A stretch of DNA of 20,000 bases from Craspedostauros australis (lineage: Eukaryota). Location of the stretch: the NCBI GenBank assembly GCA_030167865.1, contig JALAGF010001278.1:45052-65051 (forward strand), given 5' to 3'. The position numbers and the translations under genes are program-made. Shown in pieces: positions 8,527 through 17,226 of this stretch; position 1 is the stretch's first letter; each line of letters begins with the position of its first letter. The notes beneath the pieces are model-generated. The model saw only the letters and a program-made list of their open reading frames with translations, did not search any database and had not been told where the DNA came from.

Positions 8527-10086
8527 ATGATCACCCACAGAAGCGGTCGCACCCACAGCCATGCCAATCATCATGACAATCATCATGCCAATCATCACAG
8601 CCATGACAATCATCATGACAATCATCACAACCATGACAATCATCACAATCCGCAACTGGGCCGCAGGGACAGCCACATGACGAACGAGGATTCCCACAGC
8701 GCCAACCACCGCGGCAGCAGCGTCAACAACGACTCCAGGTTCTGCTGCAACATCTGCCTCGATGCCGCCATCGACCCGGTCGCCACGCAATGCGGCCATC
8801 TGTACTGCTGGCCGTGCCTCTACCGCTGGTTGGAACCAGGCATGCTGCCCAACGAAAAGGCCATGCTCCTGGGCAACCCCAACCGCCCCAGCATCCGCTC
8901 CCCGCTCACCAACGTCGATCGCATGCGCAGGATGTGTCCGGTGTGCAAGGCCAAGTGCTCCCTGCCTTCGTTGGTGCCCATCTACGTGCGCTCCGATGAT
9001 TCCTTGCGCAGCCAACGTCGACGCAGCAGCGCCGCGGCGGCCAATGGGAGGAGCGTCCACGCTTCTGCGAACATGAATGATAATGGCGTCGATGCCAACA
9101 ACGGAAATGATGGTGCGCATGACGACGTGATCGCCAGAGAAATCAGCGTGCAGATCAACCACAACGAGCTGAAGCAGAGCGCCGATGATGAGAATGACGA
9201 GGATGAACTTTCCATCTTGGAGGATGATCAGAGCAGCCATCATCTGCATCTAGATGTCTGCGCTGACGACTACTTCAATAATTCACGTCGTGCTCGTGAC
9301 ACCGGATCTGCGAGGATTCCTGGCACTGTGGATAGTGGTCGAGCGCAATCGCATGCAGCCAGGTATGAACCACCTTCAGCACCAATCAACCAGACCGAAG
9401 CCATTCACAGTAACATCAACAGTGCTGCTCCTGCTGCCGCTGATGCTGTCTCCAACAACATCAACAGCAGCAGCAGCTTCACGAGCGTCCCAATTGATGT
9501 GACTGTCTCCACAGGTTTGAGGCAACGCCGTGGACAGCACAGCAGCAGCATCAACAACAGCATCGCCGCTGCCACCGCAACGAACACAACCACTCCTGCC
9601 ACCACCACCGCCAACAACAGTATCAATACCAATACCAATACTGATAATGCCATTGGCAACAATAGAACGACGCCCATCCCGTCGCGTCCGACCGCATTCG
9701 TCAATCAACGCTCGGGCAGCGATGAAGTGGAGAGGCCGACGAGGAACGCCCCAACGCATCCAAATCCAAACATCGACAACGGCGCCGCAGCCATACGCCT
9801 CGCACCCGTGCCGCCCGGTGCATCCCTGGGCCATGGGCTGCTCCTGTCCTTCCAGCATGCCACGGTCCACAACACGTCTCCACGTGCTGCGGCAACCTCC
9901 TTTCATCCCGACAACATCCCGCCGTTGCACAGCAACCGCCACCGCATGCAGCAGTACGAAGGCAGCGGATGGAACTTTGGCAATGATCATCACGACATGG
10001 AATCCGACCCGACCGCCACGGAGTATCTGACGAGGGTGCTCTTCGTGCTGACATCCTTCCTCCTTCTTTGCCTTCTGCTGCTGTGA
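8527..10086 (+). CDS. RNF5/RNF185 (RMA1)-like C3HC4 RING E3 ubiquitin ligase, C-terminally membrane-anchored (519 aa)
   Basis: RING motif FCCNICLDAAIDPVATQCGHLYCWPCLYRWL...CPVCK...LVPIY matches RNF5/185 family signatures. A PIPSRP motif (cf. IPPRP) and a C-terminal TM helix (EYLTRVLFVLTSFLLLCLLLL*) are present. The start lies in a GCCACCATG context; alternative ATG at 8677. Confidence 0.9.
   Translation: MITHRSGRTHSHANHHDNHHANHHSHDNHHDNHHNHDNHHNPQLGRRDSHMTNEDSHSANHRGSSVNNDSRFCCNICLDAAIDPVATQCGHLYCWPCLYRWLEPGMLPNEKAMLLGNPNRPSIRSPLTNVDRMRRMCPVCKAKCSLPSLVPIYVRSDDSLRSQRRRSSAAAANGRSVHASANMNDNGVDANNGNDGAHDDVIAREISVQINHNELKQSADDENDEDELSILEDDQSSHHLHLDVCADDYFNNSRRARDTGSARIPGTVDSGRAQSHAARYEPPSAPINQTEAIHSNINSAAPAAADAVSNNINSSSSFTSVPIDVTVSTGLRQRRGQHSSSINNSIAAATATNTTTPATTTANNSINTNTNTDNAIGNNRTTPIPSRPTAFVNQRSGSDEVERPTRNAPTHPNPNIDNGAAAIRLAPVPPGASLGHGLLLSFQHATVHNTSPRAAATSFHPDNIPPLHSNRHRMQQYEGSGWNFGNDHHDMESDPTATEYLTRVLFVLTSFLLLCLLLL
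8560..8649 (+). repeat. 12-bp coding tandem repeat (catgMcaatcat) encoding His/Asn/Asp repeats
   Basis: Repeated catgccaatcat / catgacaatcat units translate as HANHHDNHHANHHSHDNHHDNHHNHDNHHN. Confidence 0.85.
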
Positions 10087-11028
10087 GGGATGACGATGAA
10101 TAATACTCTATGCGCAGAGTATCTACTCCACAAGATGATCCACAAGAGAAGCAGAAAGAGAGACAATGAATCCACTGAGCCTACTCTACCATGCACGTGA
10201 ATGTGTTGCATTAACTAGATCTACATTCATACAGTCATACTATCAGGCGACCACCAAGTTCGCATCGGCGCGCAAGCACCAAGTTTTCCACATGTTTGGC
10301 TAAGACTAAATTAATCGCACCGTGTCACGTGACTGTTTCATTTGATCGATGTTCCGTGTGGACGCTCGCGACACGAGCATCGCCGGCGCTTGGATGCAGC
10401 ACGTTGGCGGGAAATCGAGCCCGCCGACATCCACTTGCGCAATGGTGATCTTCGAATTTGAATGAATGGCATCAACCCATCCCACACAAAATGTTTGAAT
10501 GTCACGCTGCGACGATGGCAACATAACAGGGAGTGGTGTGTTGCAATGCGTTTCAATTCGATGCCATGCAATGCAAAGATGGCGGCAAAACCGAAACAAA
10601 CCAAATCACGGAACAACGCGAGGCACAGAGTCTGTGATTAGCACCATGCGCGTCCTGCGATGGTTCAAATGAAGATGAAGTCTGCCTTTACGTGTTGCTG
10701 ATACAAAAGAGGCACGATCGAAGCCATCTCCGCTCTGTCCATTTCATTCATCAACATTACCAACCGCAGCATCATCGTCAACGTCGCTACCGTCGTGGTC
10801 GCATCATTGCCATACCGATTCATTCTGTTGCGCCGGCATACAATTGCTGCACCTCTCATCACAACACAAGAAACAGACAACGTTCCATCTCCTTCTTTCC
10901 TTTCTGCTGCCATTGATCCGCATCAGTATCGCAGTCAAGCCCATCGCATTCACAACAATCGCATCCTCTGTTCAACTCCAAACACCAACAGCAATAATAA
11001 CTCTACCAACGCCGACGACGACGAAGAC

Positions 11029-12487
11029 ATGATGAAGACCGCCTTGATCACCCTCCTCGTTGCCACTCTGGCCATGGCAGACAAGGTGCGTTCCATCGCT
11101 GGTTGGGGCATGTTTCCCAAGAGGCACATCGCGTTGGTGTGATGCTCGATCAACGAGATTCATCAAATCTGGGACACATACACACACGTGTGCAAGGGTG
11201 CTTGGGGTGTTGCAACATGATATCCTTCCCGCAAGCTCACACCGATCTGCTTGCTTTTTTATGCCATCAACTTGCTGCTTCCTCTTCATTTGTTGCCCCG
11301 TCTGCTCAACACACGCGGCGCAACATTTCGATACACCATGCGCTTCGTGAAATCCATCATCTCAACAGCCACCACAGCGCCAATTGAAGTCGAAGTCTGC
11401 GAATGCACCATCTGCCAACGAACACGGCAAGGAAACGAAGTCACCAAAGAGTTCAAAGAGTTCGAAGAGCGACAAATCAGACAAAAGCAACTGGGATTCG
11501 GAGACTGACACAGAGGAAATCAACACAACCGATCCGACCACTGTCGTCACGGTCGAGCCAACCACTGCACAGAGTGCGGCGGTGGAGCTCATCGGCAATC
11601 CAACCAGCTTCTCCCGCATCGTTCATGGGGATTGCCCAGGATATTGCATGGGCATCAGCGCCATGAACACCTTGGCGATGATCCCTTGCACTCTCAACTC
11701 AAACGTGCAGTATTGGAATGTGGCGCGCGACGGTGATCAATTCAAGCTGCAGCATGCTCCCACCGGTCTTTGCATCCCGCATCCAAGCACGTGCACCTTC
11801 CCTGGCAGCCAGGGCAACTGGGAGCTCGTGGATTGTGGCGACGGTGCCGTCTTCATGCATGGCGTCGACCCCGAGAATGCACCATTGCGCGTCATCAGCA
11901 GCACCTGCTTCTTCGATGGTGAGGAGATTGCGCTCGCCAGCGCTGGCTGCACCTCCCAGTCGCTCCTCTCCATGGACGTCGCATGGTCGCAGCTCACGGA
12001 TTCCAACCAGCAAACCACAGTGCAGAACACCAACTTCAACATCGTCGACATGGGCATGTTTGACGAGACCACGAGCGAAGTCATCGAGACGGATGCCACG
12101 GACGGTGCTTCCAGCGGGTCGGTTGTCACAAGCATCGAGGCCAGCACGATTCCGGAGGTCGTCGAAGACGAAGATAGCGGCGAAGAGGAGATCATCACCA
12201 CATCCGCGACCGCCACCACTACCACCACCACTACCACTACCACCGCCGCCGCCGTCACCACCACATCCAAGGCCACACCGAAGGCCAAGACGGAGGGCAA
12301 GTCGGAGGGCAAGTCGAAGGGCAAGTCGAAGGGTCCATCCAAGGGTTCAACGAAGAGCGACGAATCGGGAACCCTCACCAACGGCGACCTTCCAGAAGGT
12401 TTCAAAATGACCTTGCCGAAGAAGACGAGGCAGGAGTATCTGCACAACACCTCCGGCAACCGCAAACGTCGTCAACGACGTAGATAG
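11029..12487 (+). CDS. Secreted silaffin-like (RXL, KxxK clusters) protein with a ricin-B/beta-trefoil-like Cys domain; exons 11029-11085 and 11369 (or 11378)-12487 (~390 aa)
   Basis: Exon 1 encodes signal peptide MMKTALITLLVATLAMADK, followed by AAG|GTGCGT. CAG acceptors ending at 11368 and 11377 are both in phase 0 with track ORF 11384..12487. Exon 2 reads RQLKSKS...KSPKSSKSSKSDKSDKS, then a Cys domain (YCMGIS...IPC...VQYWN...LQHAPTGLCI...WELVDC), an acidic region, poly-Thr, KTEGKSEGKSKGKSKGPSK and a terminal RKRRQRRR. Confidence 0.8.
11086..11368 (+). other. Spliceosomal GT-AG intron after the signal-peptide exon (283 bp, or 292 bp if acceptor 11377 is used)
   Basis: GTGCGT donor directly after the hydrophobic signal peptide. 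The unspliced frame stops at 11142, and both downstream CAG acceptors keep the frame. Confidence 0.75.
12208..12262 (+). repeat. (ACC/ACT/GCC)n coding repeat encoding a Thr/Ala mucin-like tract
   Basis: The accgccaccactaccaccaccactaccactaccaccgccgccgcc... run encodes TATTTTTTTTTTAAAVTTT. Confidence 0.8.
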
Positions 12488-12908
12488 ACGTGAGTGTCAT
12501 GCGCAGTATCGCACCAAGCTCCCCGTGGTGCCGCTGCATGTCTGTTAGAAGACTGTCACCATATACTCGTAGATTTCATAACATGTTAACCCCGCAGCAT
12601 TCAGCTGAACTACCAACATCAAAACCTTCACCGATCATCTTACATGAAATAGCATGTTGCCTATGTGAGGTATGGTGCAATGCGATCAACAAATACCATA
12701 CGCACAGGAGGCAGCATCCGTCAGCAAGTCCCTTGTTGATCCTGTCTGCAAATCGTCACTCCCAATCGAGCAGTCCCAAAGAAAGGAGCAGAACAGAAGA
12801 GAGACATAGAGACAGACAGAAAGGAAGAGTCCAATCGTACGTGTATGATGAAACAAAGACTAAAGTTTTATTGTATCGTGCCTAAATTGGTATTGTATGC
12901 AGGTACTG

Positions 12909-12927
12909 GAGAGAGAGAGAGAGAGAG
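12909..12927. repeat. (GA)n microsatellite between convergent genes
   Basis: A perfect gagagagagagagagagag run. Confidence 0.9.
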
Positions 12928-13007
12928 TTCATGATTCACTGGATGCGTATGGTACTCCATCGCGCTGTCTTGACGCGGAGCGAAATGAACGGCGATGAAT
13001 GTCAAAT

Positions 13008-14714
13008 TCATGCCATTTCGGCAACCACCTCTTTGAGTTGCTCGGACATGAGGGCGATGCAGGAGAGGAGACCACCATCAAATCCGGGTTGGACTTCCAG
13101 ATGGAAACGTGCTGTTCCGACCGACGATGTTGACGGCATTGATCCAATCAATGTCGCACACGGTCTGTCCTTCCACATGATCTGCAATTGCTGCTCTTCT
13201 GGCTCTTTGTCGCTATCGACAGTCTCCGCCGATCGCTTGCGAAAGAATCGAGAAAATCGGTTTTCGGTGGCGTTCGTTTTCTTGGATGATGCCGAGGGTG
13301 GCGTCAATCGTTGCACGATGTAATCTTCGGTCCCGCCCACCGTCACATCCAATTTCGGGTTGGCGCATGCAGTGCATGCCGCCCAGGGTTGCAGCCACAG
13401 GGAGACACCATCGTGGATGATCTTCTTGCGATGCAACATGCGCTGTTGTTTGCTGGGAACGCGCTTGCTGTTGCCCTGGCGGATGGGACGCGATGCGCAC
13501 AGCGTCGCCGTGATCTTGCTGCGCTTCTTTTTGGCGGCATCCCGCTTTTTGGACAAGGTTTGTTCGATGATGGATGCAGAAGAGGAGTTTGACGATGAAT
13601 GGGAGGCGGATTGCTTGGTCTGAAAGAACATGAATCCTGCCAACTCGTTCTTCTTCTGTGGGTTGCGCACGACGATCTTCGTTGGGTGGTCGCCGTTCTG
13701 GAGGAATGCTTTCCTGCTGCTGCTGATGTTGGACTTGGCGCCATCCGTCGTGATCCATTGCAAGTCCATCGCAGGGACGTTCGTGGTGCTCGCGTCGCCA
13801 TCGGTGGAGCTGGTTGCTGGACGAAACTCGCGACTTGAGCCAGGATCATCGAAGGAAGAACCCTTGGCTTGTTCCCGCGGATGGCCCGAAGACGTATCCA
13901 ACGACTTCGAGGGAGACTGGGGGCATCGCTTGGTACCCAAGACGGAGATCTTGGCAGATCGTTGCAGCGCCGCCGCAGCGGTGCCCTTCTTGTGTGATGC
14001 CGACGTCGTGACAGCGACTTCAAGGACGGTGATCCTCCGACTGGACGTGGGCACGGAGCAAACAAATGGCTGTGCCGGCAAGGTGGGCAACGGCCACTGG
14101 GCCTTCTTGATCATCGCGTGCAGCTCCTGACGCTTCGGTGACGAGTTGCGCTTGATGGGACGTTGATTGCGCTCGCCGACGCGCTGCTGTTCCAGCCGAG
14201 TGGAGATCGCCAGCAGCTCCTTGCGGAAGCTGGGCGACAGCGGCCGCTTCTTCACCGAGAACTCGGCCAGCATGTGAGGATCGATGGCGTGGCTTGGGAT
14301 CGGTTCCGCGTCAATTCCGACGCTGGATGCGCCAGAGTTGGCGTTGGAGGCGGGGGAAGGTGACGATGGCGGAGACACAGTTGGACTGCGTGACTCCATC
14401 TCAGACGTTGGCAGCATCGTTTCTGTTTGAGTTTGGGCTTCTGTTAGTGTTGATGTTGATGTTGGTGTTGGTGTTGGTAATGATGGTTGCGTCTTTGTCT
14501 GCGTTTGAGATGACGATGATGCTAGTGCTTGGCTGCTTGCTTTGAATTCCTCACTGTCGTTGAGGCTAATAATGCAATCGTAATCGTCGGTTGTTGCCGC
14601 AGGTGTTGCTGTTGCTGCTGCTACTTTTGATGTGGGGGACAGTGGAAGATTGGATTGCACGTTGATGGGTTCTGTTTCTGGAACTGTTGCCATCCTCAAT
14701 GTCGAACGATTCAT
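13008..14714 (-). CDS. Hypothetical protein with S/T/P-rich disordered N-terminus and a C-terminal Tubby-C/LURP-one-like domain (~568 aa)
   Basis: Track ORF 13008..14753 starts at TTG; first ATG is 14714, alternative 14693. The C-terminus RFHLEVQPGFDGGLLSCIALMSEQL resembles the strand-PGxD-hydrophobic-helix ending of Tubby C-terminal-like folds, preceded by beta-strand-like segments (KIVVRNP, ATLCASRP, LQPWA, YIVQRL, LQIMWK). The domain call is by eye. Confidence 0.75.
   Translation of the reverse strand: MNRSTLRMATVPETEPINVQSNLPLSPTSKVAAATATPAATTDDYDCIISLNDSEEFKASSQALASSSSQTQTKTQPSLPTPTPTSTSTLTEAQTQTETMLPTSEMESRSPTVSPPSSPSPASNANSGASSVGIDAEPIPSHAIDPHMLAEFSVKKRPLSPSFRKELLAISTRLEQQRVGERNQRPIKRNSSPKRQELHAMIKKAQWPLPTLPAQPFVCSVPTSSRRITVLEVAVTTSASHKKGTAAAALQRSAKISVLGTKRCPQSPSKSLDTSSGHPREQAKGSSFDDPGSSREFRPATSSTDGDASTTNVPAMDLQWITTDGAKSNISSSRKAFLQNGDHPTKIVVRNPQKKNELAGFMFFQTKQSASHSSSNSSSASIIEQTLSKKRDAAKKKRSKITATLCASRPIRQGNSKRVPSKQQRMLHRKKIIHDGVSLWLQPWAACTACANPKLDVTVGGTEDYIVQRLTPPSASSKKTNATENRFSRFFRKRSAETVDSDKEPEEQQLQIMWKDRPCATLIGSMPSTSSVGTARFHLEVQPGFDGGLLSCIALMSEQLKEVVAEMA
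14447..14480 (-). repeat. 6-bp coding repeat encoding PT/ST dipeptides
   Basis: Plus strand gttgatgttgatgttggtgttggtgttggt encodes LPTPTPTSTSTLT on the minus strand. Confidence 0.7.
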
Positions 14715-17226
14715 TTTATGACAGCTTGCTTTGTGTTCAAGAGAGAGATTCAAGTTGGCGATGGTCGCGAGTGCCTATTCTGTCTTTGTTGTTGTTGCTG
14801 ATCGCTGGTGAACTGTGATGTGCTGTGATGTGGTGCGTTGTGATGGGCGCCTTGTGATGTTTTGCGCTCTGCTTCTCTGCGGAAGACCTGGCAATGTGTG
14901 GAAGTCCTGGTTCTGTTTGCTTGGCAGACAGGAGGTGATGGATTGATCAAGTCGTGACGGTGTCTCTGCCGAGGAATGGAAACGGCGTCAGTGTCCTCTT
15001 TGTCCTCTTGGAAGGCGGTAGTTTGCAACCAAGGCAGCGCCAAGCGGTCATGTGGCTTGGCTTCCGCCGACTTTTCGCGTGGTTGTTCACGAGCCAGGGT
15101 CTCCACACACTTTCGTGTTGTTTGGCTGGTGGTGTGCTGCTCGTTGATCGTGTTCGAGGATTGGCGAAGGTCTCACATTGGAGATCAAAAAGAGATGTTG
15201 AACCAGTCACAGAAAGGAAGAAATAAAGTCGTTTCCTCGTGGATCGTCGACTAATTATTCTCGCATAGTCACTCGCGTGTCCAAGGATCTCTCGGACAAC
15301 GAACACACCGATTCGCATTGATGTCATGAGCAAACCATCGTCACAACCTTTCGACGTCCATTGAAGAGGAAGTCACAAAAAAGGATAACGAAGGGTCATT
15401 CACCGATTCGCCACTACTATTGGTCATGCGTAGAGTAGATGTCGACGTGGCGTCGTCTGGAGCGAATGGTCGGACATGTGGGATCACTGCACACCATAGT
15501 CGTAGCTCGAAGGATGGCATAGCAATCACATGTGCGTGATGGTAATACCCAGAATTAGATAGCTTTGCGACGAAGCGACGGAGCATGCTGTGTCCTGGTC
15601 TTCGCAGCAGCAGAGGGCGATAATTGCGTTGCTGGAACTGCATACGAGGTGCGAATATCTACGACCAATGTATCTATCTATCAGTATCGCGATGGCCAAC
15701 TATTGCGCTCGGGAGTTGCTTCACGTGTTATGGTATTATAGAACCGGATCATTCATCAATGACCGTTCTCGAATGTAATGTTCTGAAGTACCAAAAACAA
15801 CGAACTATTTGGGCACTGCAACATCAACATGAACGACAACATGGATAGTAACTCGTGCTGCAGGGAGGCAGAGACGATGACTCCAGCGAGAGAGAGACAG
15901 AAAGAGAGCATGCGCTATCATTTGGAACGGGACATGACATCCGAATGCTGATCCTTCCCATCCCACCCAACATCGATCCAACTGTGCCAAATGCCACAAT
16001 TCCAAAGGAACAAAATGGAATGGAGCGGGACGTCGGAAGAACGGAACAGAGGAAAGCACGCAACATTCATGCTTGTCGAGCGCACTCTGCCGTACTATCA
16101 TTGTTCTTTACAAGCACAATCGCCGTATAGTCGGCAATATTGGTGTGCCTAGCAATCCAAAACCACCCCAACTCGCCAGCTCGATGGTCTCTTTCGATAC
16201 AACTGTTCTGGCAGAGCCTGCAATTCGTTGAAGTGATGGATTGGACTCCCGCACAGCAATCAGGGTGAGAACCACACACAAACGAAAGCAGACATCGGAG
16301 CCCGCAAGCAACCTCAACGACACCATCCACAACATCAACATGACCAGTGCCAACGGCATCAACAAAGCTCAGCACCTGTGACCGATTCCCGCTTCTGTTC
16401 ATTCACGAATATCGCAATGGCCTAGCATCACAACAGCCTTCCTTCCCAAAGGGTTCGGATTCTTTGACACCTTTTGGAATCAGAAGGAGGGATCTTGGAG
16501 CCCCTCGATGTATTCGACTGCTCGCGCGAGTCCAAGAGCATTGTGCGCTTATCACAATCTTGGCCAGGCAGTGTTTTGCAAACCGGAAGAGTGTCTTTGC
16601 CTGTCACCCGCGATTCTTGGAGATGAAATCGCAACCGCGCATCACGCCCGCTGACATCAATCGCGTCCAACCAATGGGCCACCAGACGGCTTCTCTACTC
16701 AGTCGGCCCATCTGCCTTCCACTTTCAGACGGCATAGTCGTCTGGGAGAACACAGCTTAATCACTTCACCCTCGCACACGCCGTCGAGTGATCATGAAAA
16801 TGTTGCGCTCCTGCACTGGCAGCTGTTTGGTGATGTGGTGGCGTCATGCAGTCTTTGCTGTTGTTTATCTTTGTTCTTGCTTCCTTCCGACATGCACAGA
16901 GGTGACACTTCCTCATTGCGTAAACCGAGATGCTTCGCAACTCTCGAAAGCAGCCGCGTCGCACGTGAAGGCCGTGCGTCACCATGTGCGGCATGGCTTC
17001 ATGGCCGGGCAGAAGAACAAGGGCGGTTCGAGGATACTCTCCCGATCATCACACATCTGATCGCTGTGCAGCTTCATGATGTTCGTCATCCACAAGCAGG
17101 ATGAATACTCACCACAAACAGCGCAGTACCGCCAACGATGGCCCCATTGGTCACACGACGATATCTTCTCCATAAAAAGTTTACATTGTGCCGCCGATCC
17201 TTGCACCTGTAGGCCCTCAACGCATC

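Noticed and set aside
8560-8649. Tandem repeats considered as CRISPR-like or mobile-element ends
   Set aside because: Contiguous short units with no unique spacers, no cas or transposase genes, and a eukaryotic context.
8383-9993. Long antisense ORFs (8383..9249, 9376..9993), and similar ones opposite other genes such as 5851..6522 and 11737..12465
   Set aside because: These are shadow ORFs caused by codon bias and repeats of the sense genes, with no recognisable motifs.
1096-12487. Five co-oriented genes all encoding membrane-anchored or secreted proteins, considered as a functional cluster or defence island with the STAND ATPase
   Set aside because: The functions are unrelated, each gene has its own spacer, and no shared regulatory motif was seen. 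Synteny or co-expression data would be needed.
15100-17200. Short ORFs of 60-137 aa in the divergent spacer
   Set aside because: No domain motifs or coding-like composition in any frame examined.
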